From: an uncultured Oligoflexales bacterium
GTDB lineage: Bacteria; Bdellovibrionota_B; Oligoflexia; Oligoflexales; CAZLMG01
Length of the DNA: 64,000 nucleotides
Reading direction: 5' to 3'
Assembly: GCA_964560765.1 (NCBI GenBank)
Contig: CAZLMG010000012.1
Span: 12,071 to 76,070 of the forward strand
Shown one piece after another: positions 27,049-36,223 of this stretch (position 1 is the first letter of the stretch; every line of letters starts with the position of its first letter). Both the position numbers and the translations under genes were made by a program. The notes under the pieces were generated by a model. It ran no database searches. It was not told where the DNA came from and saw only the letters and a program-made list of their open reading frames with translations.

Positions 27049-27184
27049 GGTTCTCTGATCGATTTCATGGCTCTGACTTTGTGATTATAGCGCATACCCC
27101 GGCGGTGTGCCGAAATGACGTAGAAAAAAAATGTGTAAAGGCGGCGAAAGTCTGCCCACATCTTTGACGCAGCGCTCCGTCACC

Positions 27185-28093
27185 CTACAAACCAAGTTCG
27201 TTCTTGACTTCGAGCAGGAGCTGATACAGCGCGCCACGAGCCAGACCGCAGTCGCGATATTCGCGCAGCAATTCTTTCAGTGTCTTGCCGCTGCGAAAAC
27301 CGGCGGTCAATTTTCCACGCAACTCACTACCCACCTGCAAATGTTCCTCTTGCACTTCCGCGGCTGTTGCAGCTGCTGGCGCGGGCAAATGCACCATCAC
27401 TGCAACCTCGCCTTTCAGCGTCGCCTCGTTTTTCAACCAATGGCGGGCCTCTGCTACTGTGAAGAGGCGAACCTCCTCAAACATCTTCGTCAGCTCGCGT
27501 CCGATGGCGATCCGCGCCTCAGGATAGACCTCCTCCACGGCGCCAAGTGTTTTTGGCAGGCGTCGCAGCGATTCGAAAAAGACCAACGATAAGGCACCAT
27601 AGCGCTGCCATCCTTGCACCTCCTGGCGCAACGCGGATGTACGCGATGGCAAAAAACCTGTGAACAGCACCCGATCGGTCGGCAAACCGGCCGCTGACAC
27701 CAGCGCGGTTAAGGACGAGGGGCCGGCAATCGGGTGGACGGGAATCCCCGCCGCATGCGCCGCCGCCACCAACCGATACCCGGGATCTGCAACGCATGGC
27801 GTCCCCGCATCGGAAACGATGGCGACGGTCAACGACTGTTGCCGCATGCGCTCCACCAACTGGGCGGAACGGGCTTCTTCAATATGATCGTGGTAGCTGA
27901 CCAATTCCTTGCCCGCAATGCCAAAGGCGGTCAGCAAACGGCGAGCAACTCTGGTGTCTTCGGCAGCGATGATATCCACCGCCTGCAGGACATGGCGGCA
28001 GCGAGGACTCGCTTCGTCCAGGTTGCCAATGGGAGTGGCGACGACGTAGAGCGCCGGCTTGTCAGGGTATAACATGAAAACTGATGACCTCAA
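27185..28093 (-). CDS. rsmI: 16S rRNA (cytidine1402-2'-O)-methyltransferase
   Basis: LYVVATPIGNLDEASPRCRHVLQAVDIIAAEDTR and VSDAGTPCVADPGYRLV are typical tetrapyrrole-methylase-fold RsmI motifs. Confidence 0.9.
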   Translation of the reverse strand: MRSSVFMLYPDKPALYVVATPIGNLDEASPRCRHVLQAVDIIAAEDTRVARRLLTAFGIAGKELVSYHDHIEEARSAQLVERMRQQSLTVAIVSDAGTPCVADPGYRLVAAAHAAGIPVHPIAGPSSLTALVSAAGLPTDRVLFTGFLPSRTSALRQEVQGWQRYGALSLVFFESLRRLPKTLGAVEEVYPEARIAIGRELTKMFEEVRLFTVAEARHWLKNEATLKGEVAVMVHLPAPAAATAAEVQEEHLQVGSELRGKLTAGFRSGKTLKELLREYRDCGLARGALYQLLLEVKNELGL

Positions 28094-28519
28094 TTGTGCC
28101 TAAGCAACCGCTCATCCGACCCAACACACCAGATTATAAGGCAATTTATCGCTTCGGTCGCGAGCAGACTGCTCTCTTATCATGCCCGTTCAGGAAAGTC
28201 GGCCCTTTCCCATCGATACCGATGATCCAAGCACAATTAACAGCATCAGTTCAATTTCGCTGCCGCATGAGCCGGTGCCGGTGTTATGATGGTTCTGGGT
28301 TAGCCCCAGTTAGGCTGTTGATGATCGCCGGAGAACCGATGCTTTTAATTCAGGGAGCCTGACGTTCGGCGGTGTGCAAGCCCCCCCGCTTTGGCGATGT
28401 AGGGGGAAGCCTAATGCCGATCTACACGGCACCCACCTAGTGAAGGTGGGTTCCCCTGGCACTTCGATAAGGACTGCGGGCTAGCCTACTTCATCGCTGT
28501 GATTGGTAATGGATGTGAC

Positions 28520-29005
28520 ATGTTGCGCTTTTGTTGGATTTCCCTCGCATTTGCTGTCGTCAGTTCCCTCGCTGCCGCAACAACACTGCGTGCTACAACC
28601 CGAGATGGCAAATCACCACCCGACTTCAAGAAGATGCAGCAACAGTGCGACCAGGACAAGGTGCCCGCTGCCTGCGTCTTCCTGGGCGAGCAAGCTTGGA
28701 ATGGGGGCGACCTGCGCGTTGCCCAAGGCTGGTTTCGCAAAGCCTGCGACGAAGGGATTGCTTCCGCCTGCAGTCAGTCTGCCCAGGCCTGGGTCGCCTT
28801 GGGCGAGAAAGAGTCTGCTTTGCGCGACTACAATCGGGCCTGCAGCATGCCGGCCGATGATGGCACGGCCTGCATGGCGATGGCCAGCATGGCGATTGAG
28901 GCGCAAGGAAAAGATGCCGCCCAACGCTGGTACGGAAAGGCATGTAACAAGGGGCATCAGCCAGGATGCGACGCCCAAAGAGCCCAAAAACCAGCCAAGC
29001 CCTAA
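28520..29005 (+). CDS. Secreted Sel1-like / Cys-rich repeat protein
   Basis: Signal peptide (MLRFCWISLAFAVVSSLAAA), then repeated A-C-x-x-G/A-x-x-A-C units (ACVFLGEQAWNGG, KACDEGIASAC, RACSMPADDGTAC, KACNKGHQPGC) like Hcp/Sel1 repeats. Confidence 0.6.
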   Translation: MLRFCWISLAFAVVSSLAAATTLRATTRDGKSPPDFKKMQQQCDQDKVPAACVFLGEQAWNGGDLRVAQGWFRKACDEGIASACSQSAQAWVALGEKESALRDYNRACSMPADDGTACMAMASMAIEAQGKDAAQRWYGKACNKGHQPGCDAQRAQKPAKP

Positions 29006-29038
29006 TGACATTAACCGCTAGTAACAGATGAGTGATTC

Positions 29039-30976
29039 ATGAAGCCGCAGACCCCTTTTGTCCTCGACATTGAGCAACTGAAGAAAAATATCAGTCGGCC
29101 GACGAAAGCTGTCGTTACGGCGGGAATGCCTTACGCCAACGGCCCCGTGCATCTTGGCCATCTGGCTGGGGCGCATGTGCCCGCAGACATTTATGCGCGC
29201 TGGCTCGGCATGCTCATCGGCCGCGATAATGTGCTCTATGTCTGCGGCACCGACGACCACGGCTCAACCAGCGAACTTGCGGCCCTGCAGGCGGGCAAGA
29301 CCATCCGTGAATTCATCGATGGCATCCACGACCGACAAATGGAAACCATGCGCCGCTTTCATATTGGCTTAGATGTGTATACCGGCACGTCTCGACCCGA
29401 GTGCTTTCCCATTCACCAAGAGATCGCCCAAGACTTCATCCGCAAACTGCATGACAACGGTATGTTGGAAAAGCGCACGACGCGGCAATGGTATGACCCA
29501 AAACTACAACGCTTCCTGCAGGATCGCTTTGTCCGTGGTCAGTGCCCTAATCCAAAATGCGATAACGCGGATGCCTATAGCGACGAGTGCGACCGCTGCG
29601 GCCAGCATCACGAGCCGACAGCGTTAGTCAATCCACGCAGCGCTCTGAGTGATGCAACGCCCGAATTACGCGATACGGTGCATTGGTGGCTCAACATGTG
29701 GAAAGTATCAGAGCCCCTGCGTGAATGGATTCAAAGCAAGCAGAAGACCTGGCGCGGCCCTGTCTATAATGAGGTGATCAACACGGTACTGCCAGGGCTA
29801 TGCTTTGATAACGTCCACGAGGAGACTTATAAGTCGATCAAAGAGTCCTTGCCCAAGCACAAGAGCAAGTATGCGGCCGGTAAAAAGATTCAGGCTCAGT
29901 TTGACAACAAAGTGGATCTCCACGTCGCGCAAGAGCAGCTAGAAGCAAAGGGAATTCCGACGCAGCTCGTGGACGGATGGGCCCATCGCGCGATCACCCG
30001 AGATGTGGCTTGGGGCATCCCCATGCCCGTTGACCTCGATCCGGACATGGCAGGCAAAACGCTCTACGTTTGGCCAGACTCACTGATTGCTCCCATTTCC
30101 TTTTCACAAGTAGCGCTGGCGCAAAGAGGAACGGATAAGTCAAAATTTGCCGAGTATTGGCAAGATCCGGGTGCGAAAGTGTATCAATTCTTGGGACAAG
30201 ACAACGTCTTCTTTTATGTCCTGATGCAAGGCGCCATGTGGCTTGGCACGCAAAGCGATCCGCAGAAACAGCCGGAAAAAGGCGATTATCAGATGACAGA
30301 TATCTTCGGCTGCTTCCATCTGATGGTGGGCGGAGAGAAGATGAGCAAATCGCGCGGCAACTTTTATACGGGCGATCAGCTCATCACAGAAAAGGGCTAT
30401 ACGGCCGATCAAATCCGCTATTTTCTGGCGCTGCTCAGCTTGCCAGAAAAGTCGTCAAACTTTGACTTCGCGACGCTGGAAGAGCGCAATCGCTTTCTTG
30501 CCGGCCCGATGAACGCGGCGCTGGAAAAGCCAATCTCGGCCTGTCACTCCAAATTTTCAGGGCAGGTGCCAGACGGTAAGTTGAATGAAAAGGTGAGTAC
30601 TGAGACCGGCAAGATGATTCAGCGCTATCTACGCTCGATGGAAAAGGCCGAGTTTTCGACGTTGCTCTTCGCCATCGAAAATTACGCGCGCCAAATCAAC
30701 AGTTTGTTTACTCAGTTTAAGCCCCACGACGATCGCCAGCCGGAAGAGTCTCGCCGCGATGCCTTGTACAGCTCGTTCTATGTGCTGAAGAACTTGATGA
30801 TCATGCTTTATCCGTTCGTCCCGGACACCATGGAACGACTGCGCGCTTCGTTGAACCTCGGAGCCGAGGTTTTTTCTGTCGATCAACTCGGCACGCCGAT
30901 TCCGGCCGGGCACCGCATTGGGGAAAAGGGAAGCTACTTTCCCTCAGTCGACATGGGATCTTCGCCCGAAGCATAG
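29039..30976 (+). CDS. metG: Methionyl-tRNA synthetase
   Basis: Class I HIGH-type motif (PYANGPVHLGHLAG), a Zn knuckle (CPNPKC...CDRCG) and KMSKS. Confidence 0.92.
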   Translation: MKPQTPFVLDIEQLKKNISRPTKAVVTAGMPYANGPVHLGHLAGAHVPADIYARWLGMLIGRDNVLYVCGTDDHGSTSELAALQAGKTIREFIDGIHDRQMETMRRFHIGLDVYTGTSRPECFPIHQEIAQDFIRKLHDNGMLEKRTTRQWYDPKLQRFLQDRFVRGQCPNPKCDNADAYSDECDRCGQHHEPTALVNPRSALSDATPELRDTVHWWLNMWKVSEPLREWIQSKQKTWRGPVYNEVINTVLPGLCFDNVHEETYKSIKESLPKHKSKYAAGKKIQAQFDNKVDLHVAQEQLEAKGIPTQLVDGWAHRAITRDVAWGIPMPVDLDPDMAGKTLYVWPDSLIAPISFSQVALAQRGTDKSKFAEYWQDPGAKVYQFLGQDNVFFYVLMQGAMWLGTQSDPQKQPEKGDYQMTDIFGCFHLMVGGEKMSKSRGNFYTGDQLITEKGYTADQIRYFLALLSLPEKSSNFDFATLEERNRFLAGPMNAALEKPISACHSKFSGQVPDGKLNEKVSTETGKMIQRYLRSMEKAEFSTLLFAIENYARQINSLFTQFKPHDDRQPEESRRDALYSSFYVLKNLMIMLYPFVPDTMERLRASLNLGAEVFSVDQLGTPIPAGHRIGEKGSYFPSVDMGSSPEA

Positions 30977-31040
30977 CAGCCCCCTCAAGAAACCAGCCAC
31001 GTTGGCCGATAACGGGCTTGGTGTTTTTAGAGGGGAAACC

Positions 31041-32207
31041 ATGAAATTCTTGCAACTTCAGTTACCAGTCCTGGTCACACTTACTTGTCTAACCGCCTGC
31101 ACACCGAGCGGTGGTGCGCTGCGCTCGCGAGCAGCACAGTTTGCAGCTCAAGAGGAGTCTCCTCTGGGATCAAAAGATCTCGTGATCGACAGTGAGCGCA
31201 TCTCGACTCATATAGCTGCCCCTAACCAAGCAGATGCGGCGAGCCAAGCTGTTGACGCTGCCAACAGAGCTAACTTGCTGAATGATGCCGAAGCGGCCGC
31301 GCCTACCGCCATGACGACGGACGACAATTCCACCGACGCTGCGACCCAGAGCGATGCCGAATACGGTTCAGCAGAAGCCGGCGATACAGACGTGACCGAT
31401 GCTGATGAGTTGGATGCCATGGACGACCCAGGCATCCCCATGGAGACGAGCGACGATACATCTGTCGCCGAAAGTGTAACCCAGGACACAAGCCCTATCG
31501 TTCATGCGGGCGACGTCACGAATGGCACCACGACCGTTGATGAATTGGATGCGGACTCGGAGCCGCGCAAGAAGGATAAGAAGGACAAATCGAAGCAGGA
31601 CAAGAAGGGCAAAAAGGATAATAACGAAAAATCAAAGCCGGACAAGGGTAAGAAAAAAGAGAACGGAGCGCTTGCGAGCGCAGAGCCAGTGCATCTAGCC
31701 TTTATCACCAGCGCAGCTTATTCCGGAAATTTGGCTGCGTCGTTTCAAGAGCAAAGTTTTCGCAGCGGCTACGAAGGCGCTGACGCGCGCTGTACCTGGC
31801 ACGCCGCGCAAGCTGGACTCGGTGGACGCTGGCTTGCCGCCATTTCCGGCCACCCCATGCTCTTGCTGCTGGATCCAAGCTCTGCCGTCAATGACCTGCA
31901 TAACGAACGAATTGTGTCACGGGTGCCATTCTTGCTAGCAGAAGATGCTCGCCTGAATGTCGCTCTGGTAACGGATGAACATGGTGAAAAGATCCAGCGG
32001 CGTCCTTTTGCCTGGTCGCCGACGGGCAGCCGTTCCGGCGAGGATCAAGAATGCGATCAGTGGCGCTCCGACAGCTCGACTGATTTTGGTGTCTACGGCA
32101 ACACACGAAGAGCCGCCAAGAGCAGTTCGCTGAAGATGCGAGGAAAGCTAGCGCGATGTGATCATTCGCTGCGCCTCATCTGCATCAGCGAGTCGCCGTA
32201 CCCCTAG
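31041..32207 (+). CDS. Lipoprotein with acidic and Lys-rich low-complexity regions and a DUF1554-like C-terminal domain
   Basis: ATG at 31041 follows AGAGGGG; lipobox LTCLTAC. A D/E/T/A-rich stretch is followed by a KKDKKDKSKQDKKGKKDNNEKSKPDKGKKK run. The C-terminal domain (AFITSAAYSGNL...GADARC...AAQAGLGGRWLAAIS...ECDQWRS...RLICISE) matches the DUF1554 pattern as I remember it. Confidence 0.55.
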   Translation: MKFLQLQLPVLVTLTCLTACTPSGGALRSRAAQFAAQEESPLGSKDLVIDSERISTHIAAPNQADAASQAVDAANRANLLNDAEAAAPTAMTTDDNSTDAATQSDAEYGSAEAGDTDVTDADELDAMDDPGIPMETSDDTSVAESVTQDTSPIVHAGDVTNGTTTVDELDADSEPRKKDKKDKSKQDKKGKKDNNEKSKPDKGKKKENGALASAEPVHLAFITSAAYSGNLAASFQEQSFRSGYEGADARCTWHAAQAGLGGRWLAAISGHPMLLLLDPSSAVNDLHNERIVSRVPFLLAEDARLNVALVTDEHGEKIQRRPFAWSPTGSRSGEDQECDQWRSDSSTDFGVYGNTRRAAKSSSLKMRGKLARCDHSLRLICISESPYP

Positions 32208-32358
32208 GGGCGGCCTCTCCTTGCTGGTGCTGACAATCGCCATTTTTCTGGTGTCATTACAGTTGGGTAAAAATATTCATGGCGCAATATTCAAGTCCCT
32301 CGCAAATCCTCCGATCGCTTCACGGTCTCTTTTGAATGACCCCCCTTCGGAGGAACAT

Positions 32359-33687
32359 ATGCGGAAGTTAGGATTAGGACTGGGACTGGTTGCTGCCATG
32401 GGTTGCAGTAAGTCCTCGAGTGATGGCGACGCGAACGGCAATGAAGGTTCGGACACAAACATTGGAGCGTTGCAGCTCTCCGATCTGCAAGTATCGAAAG
32501 CGGTAGACGCACCGATCCCAGCCGAGTTAGTCGCTAGCAGCACGGCGCTTCGGCTTCAGGGCGGGGCAAAGTCCATGGAGTTCTGCTCCTTGCAATCGGC
32601 AATTGGTGAATTTAAGCAAAACGCACAGATGGTCTCCATGCAGCTTTGCATGCTGGAAAACACCCCAGGAATGGAATGGGGTGGGAAGTACGAAATCGAC
32701 TTCGCATCCATGGCTGGCGGTGGTGGCGGCGGTGGCGGTGAATTTGAAGGCCCTCCTGGCGGCGAGTTTGAAGGCCCCCCGCCTCCCATGTTGCAAGGCG
32801 GACCTTCCATGCCAAACCTCAAGGTTTGGCTAGACAACTCTCAAGCGAGTGCCGGCAAGTACAACGTTTGGGTCTGCGAGGACGGCGAACTCACCCAGAA
32901 GATCACCCTGGAAGGTGCTAAGAAAGGCGAAGGCTCGAAAGGAAGCTACGCAATCAAGATGGAACTGGATGGCTTGGGCAGCATTCAGTTGGCTGGTAAC
33001 TTCGACAACAACTTGACGACAGTTGGCCGCTATCTGGGCAATGCGCAATTCCGATTTGCCATGGACCAAATGAATGTCAGCTCCAATATCGTCATGGACC
33101 TAGGTCTCGACTCGGGCGTGCACAAGGTTAGCGTGGCGAAGGAAATGGCTGCATCTTTCGAAGGCGATCTATCCATGTCACATAAAGAGCTGGTCGCGGG
33201 GCGCCTCGATACCTTTGACGTGATGTACGGGCAAGCCTTGAGCCAATTTGCCGGCTTGAGCCAACCGATCTTTGGCGAGCCGGAGTTGGGCCTACAAGAA
33301 GGTGAACCGCAAGTTGAAACCACCCGCTCGTATTTCGATAAGGACGGCCTGGTCGCTGCTAGCGATGCCACCGAACAATTCGCAGATGGCGGCACGCTTT
33401 TCGTCGCTCCAGAAGAAATTGCAAAATTGTTGGCGCAAGACTGGACCGTTGATTTCGGCGAAGGCGCGTGGGATTGCTCAGGCACATCCGCACTGGACAT
33501 GAGTGCCGAGCCGAGCGCGGAAGATCAAGAAGCCATGATGGCCTGCATGGGTGACTTTCAGCCAGCAGATCTCGATTGCTTCGGCGCTGGATTCGAGCCT
33601 GGTGAAGGTGTAGAAGGCGTGGATCCAATGATCGGTGAGCGCGCAGATGAGTTCCACGAGTTTGGCCCACCGCCAGGCGCTATGTAA
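32359..33687 (+). CDS. Lipoprotein, unknown function, with a Gly run and a duplicated EFEGPP motif
   Basis: ATG at 32359 follows GGAGGA; lipobox LVAAMGC. Internal sequence GGGGGGGEFEGPPGGEFEGPPPP. No family recognised. Confidence 0.6.
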   Translation: MRKLGLGLGLVAAMGCSKSSSDGDANGNEGSDTNIGALQLSDLQVSKAVDAPIPAELVASSTALRLQGGAKSMEFCSLQSAIGEFKQNAQMVSMQLCMLENTPGMEWGGKYEIDFASMAGGGGGGGGEFEGPPGGEFEGPPPPMLQGGPSMPNLKVWLDNSQASAGKYNVWVCEDGELTQKITLEGAKKGEGSKGSYAIKMELDGLGSIQLAGNFDNNLTTVGRYLGNAQFRFAMDQMNVSSNIVMDLGLDSGVHKVSVAKEMAASFEGDLSMSHKELVAGRLDTFDVMYGQALSQFAGLSQPIFGEPELGLQEGEPQVETTRSYFDKDGLVAASDATEQFADGGTLFVAPEEIAKLLAQDWTVDFGEGAWDCSGTSALDMSAEPSAEDQEAMMACMGDFQPADLDCFGAGFEPGEGVEGVDPMIGERADEFHEFGPPPGAM

Positions 33688-33724
33688 TACTCAACCAAGC
33701 TGATCATAGTAAAAGAATCGATCG

Positions 33725-33755
33725 ATCCCCGAAGCCTTAACTTCGGGGATTTTTC
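33725..33755 (+). terminator. Rho-independent terminator after the lipoprotein pair
   Basis: Stem CCCCGAAG / CTTCGGGG with a 6-nt loop, followed by ATTTTTCG. Confidence 0.55.
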
Positions 33756-33788
33756 GCTATTGCCGACGCCGAAGCTTTGGCGGCGCGC

Positions 33789-34793
33789 TTACATCGACTT
33801 TGAATTGGCAGCGCCTCCCAGGTCGCCTACGGCCGCAGCGCCTGGCTGCGCAACAATAGGCTGTATTCTGGGCAAGCGGGATGTCGACACTTCTTTCTCT
33901 AGTAGCGCATTTCCCTGTGCATCAACGGCGACGAGCCAGATGTCTTTGACCGAGCCGGTGAAGGCAGCGGGCAGCGGAATATGCAGATTGCCAGCACGAT
34001 AACGGCGAATGGCAAAAGACTCACCCTTGGTCGGCCGAGTTGCCTTGCCAGTTTGCGGGTCGATCGCCAAATTGGGGGCCGAGCCTAAGTACGCGGACTT
34101 GCCATCCGGCTGCTCGACGCGCGCGATGGCGTAAAGATAGCCGCGAACTTTGCTGCCCTCTTGCGAATTCATCAGGCCAAACTGCACCCTCAACGTCTGC
34201 TCGGAGTAAGTGGCCTTTGGCGTCTGAAAGGCTAGCTGGGGCTGGGCTTCGATTTTTGGCTCCGCCAGTGCCGCCGGGGCGGGTGCCTCTTCTTGCGTCG
34301 CTGCCACTACAGGGGCAGGTGCCTCCTCTTTCGCCGCCGCGACTGCTGGGGCGGGTGCCTCTTCTTTCGCCGCCGCCACTGCCGCCATTGCCGGGGCGGC
34401 CACCTCTACGTTTGCTGCTGCGAGCGCGTTGGCAGCCACAACCTGTATAGCCGGCGCGGGTTCGGGTGCTGCCTTTGGTGAAACGGCACCGGCGGCATCG
34501 GGATAGGCCTCTTCGAAAACGTTTTCGTAAGATGCTTGATAGGCGAAGACCGACTGCCGCGCCAATTGCAGTTCAGTCTGCAGGTCATGAATGGCCACGT
34601 AATTGCGTAAGGTCCACAGACCAGCGAAGATGCTCCAAACCGTGACGGCCAAAGCGCAACTGATCAATGCCCAAAATCGGGCCGGTGTCAGTTCAAGTGT
34701 CCGGGATTTGCCAAGGGGCCAGAAGTAAACGATCGTCAGCCGTTGATTTCGGTGTTGCTTTAAGAGCTGCAATAGATCTTGCCACTTGGTCAT
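33789..34793 (-). CDS. Membrane-anchored protein with an Ala/Pro/Glu tandem-repeat linker
   Basis: One TM helix (FWALISCALAVTVWSIFAGLW), a coiled-coil-like segment, then three AAKEEAPAP(A/V)VA-type repeats and a beta-rich C-terminal domain of unknown family. Confidence 0.55.
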   Translation of the reverse strand: MTKWQDLLQLLKQHRNQRLTIVYFWPLGKSRTLELTPARFWALISCALAVTVWSIFAGLWTLRNYVAIHDLQTELQLARQSVFAYQASYENVFEEAYPDAAGAVSPKAAPEPAPAIQVVAANALAAANVEVAAPAMAAVAAAKEEAPAPAVAAAKEEAPAPVVAATQEEAPAPAALAEPKIEAQPQLAFQTPKATYSEQTLRVQFGLMNSQEGSKVRGYLYAIARVEQPDGKSAYLGSAPNLAIDPQTGKATRPTKGESFAIRRYRAGNLHIPLPAAFTGSVKDIWLVAVDAQGNALLEKEVSTSRLPRIQPIVAQPGAAAVGDLGGAANSKSM

Positions 34794-34967
34794 GTCTCTT
34801 CTGGTCCTTGTTGCTCAGTGGGCAATAGGGGCGGACGCTAACACAGGGGCCTTTCTCTTGGCTAGTTTCGAGCTTTTTTCCCTGTCATTCTCAATACAAT
34901 CTAGAGATTTGCCGGCCTGGATGCTAGCATGGCAACGCCACCCCGTCGCCTTATCTGGAGTTGTGAT

Positions 34968-36155
34968 ATGGATTTTTCGCGTCGTATCGCTGCCTTACCG
35001 CCCTCACCGACCGTTTCCCTGAATGCCAAGGCTAAAGAGCTGGAAAGCGCCGGGCAAAAGGTCTTGAATTTCACCGTCGGCGAGCCGGACTTTGATACGC
35101 CCGACATCGTCGTCGAAGCTGCCATTGCCGCCATGCGCAAAGGCCGCACCAAGTACGGTGCTGCTGGCGGCGGCTTACCACTGCGCAAAGCCATCGCTGC
35201 CAAGTTTGCCCGCGAGAATCAGATTGAACATAATCCTGCGGATATCGTGGTCGGAATGGGCGCCAAAGAGCTGCTCTTTCATCTGTCGCTGGCGTTGCTA
35301 AACGATGGAGACGAGGTTTTGATTCCGGCGCCATACTGGGTCAGTTACCCAGCTCACGTCATGGCGGCCGGCGCCGTTCCCGTCATCATTCCTATGCACG
35401 AATTCGAGCAGAGCGGCATTACGCCACAGACCATCGCCAAGTATGCCACCGCCAAGACGCGCGCCATCATTCTAAATTCGCCCAATAATCCATCTGGTTA
35501 CGTAATGTCTCGAGAGAATATCGAGGAGCTCGGCAGCTATCTGGAATCCAAGTCCTGGTGGGTCATCAGCGACGAGATTTACGAGTACCTGGCCTTTGAT
35601 CGGCCGCACGTTTCCCTGGCACAAACAACTCCGAAATTGCGCGACCGTCTGATCCTGGTACACGGCTTGGCCAAAGGCTACGCTATGACCGGATGGCGCG
35701 TCGGTTTTGCCCTAACTCCACCAGCCGTGACCAAACCACTAAATATCTTGCAGTCCCAGTCGTCCACCTGCTTGCCCGGCTTCATCGAGGACGCCTCGGT
35801 GGTGGCACTGAATCACGGACGTTCGCTGCTAGAAGACAAGTTTACCGATCTGCAACGCCGCCGCGACTTGGTGGTGGATCGGGTCAAACAACTTCCCGGT
35901 GTGCGCTACATCCCACCCGAGGGGGCCTTCTATATCTTTCTCGACATCCGTGAAGCGCTTGCATCGGCCAGGAAACTGAAGGATAACAATAGCCTAAAGT
36001 TTGGGGAGTATCTGCTGTCCCAGTACCATGTCGCCACGGTACCGGGCGATGCCTTTGGTGCCCCTGGATACCTGCGGATCAGTTACGCGACGGCCGAAAG
36101 CGAAATACGCGAAGGGCTGGAACGTGTGGGGCAAGCTCTGCAATCGATCCAATGA
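34968..36155 (+). CDS. Class I PLP aminotransferase (aspartate aminotransferase-like)
   Basis: Starts MDFSRRIAALPPSPT and contains SPNNPSGYV and a lysine motif LAKGYAMTGWRVGF. The ATG at 34968 follows GGAG. Confidence 0.85.
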   Translation: MDFSRRIAALPPSPTVSLNAKAKELESAGQKVLNFTVGEPDFDTPDIVVEAAIAAMRKGRTKYGAAGGGLPLRKAIAAKFARENQIEHNPADIVVGMGAKELLFHLSLALLNDGDEVLIPAPYWVSYPAHVMAAGAVPVIIPMHEFEQSGITPQTIAKYATAKTRAIILNSPNNPSGYVMSRENIEELGSYLESKSWWVISDEIYEYLAFDRPHVSLAQTTPKLRDRLILVHGLAKGYAMTGWRVGFALTPPAVTKPLNILQSQSSTCLPGFIEDASVVALNHGRSLLEDKFTDLQRRRDLVVDRVKQLPGVRYIPPEGAFYIFLDIREALASARKLKDNNSLKFGEYLLSQYHVATVPGDAFGAPGYLRISYATAESEIREGLERVGQALQSIQ

Positions 36156-36223
36156 CCGGTACCAAGGCCCCTCTCCAAGTGGTGAATCTTCGACGCATTT
36201 AGGCGCCGACACAAGGGGAGCCC

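Noticed and set aside
28191-28346. RNase P RNA-like strings: CAGGAAAGTCGGCCC (compare GAGGAAAGUCCGGGC) and GGAGAACCGATGCTTT (compare ACAGAACCCGGCUUA), which could pair like helix P4.
   Set aside because: The two strings are only ~140 nt apart, whereas bacterial type A RNase P has ~290 nt between them. I cannot find the other universally conserved regions (the GGUAAGAGC-type and AGCAAGGCC-type blocks). This is most likely chance. An Rfam cmscan would settle it.
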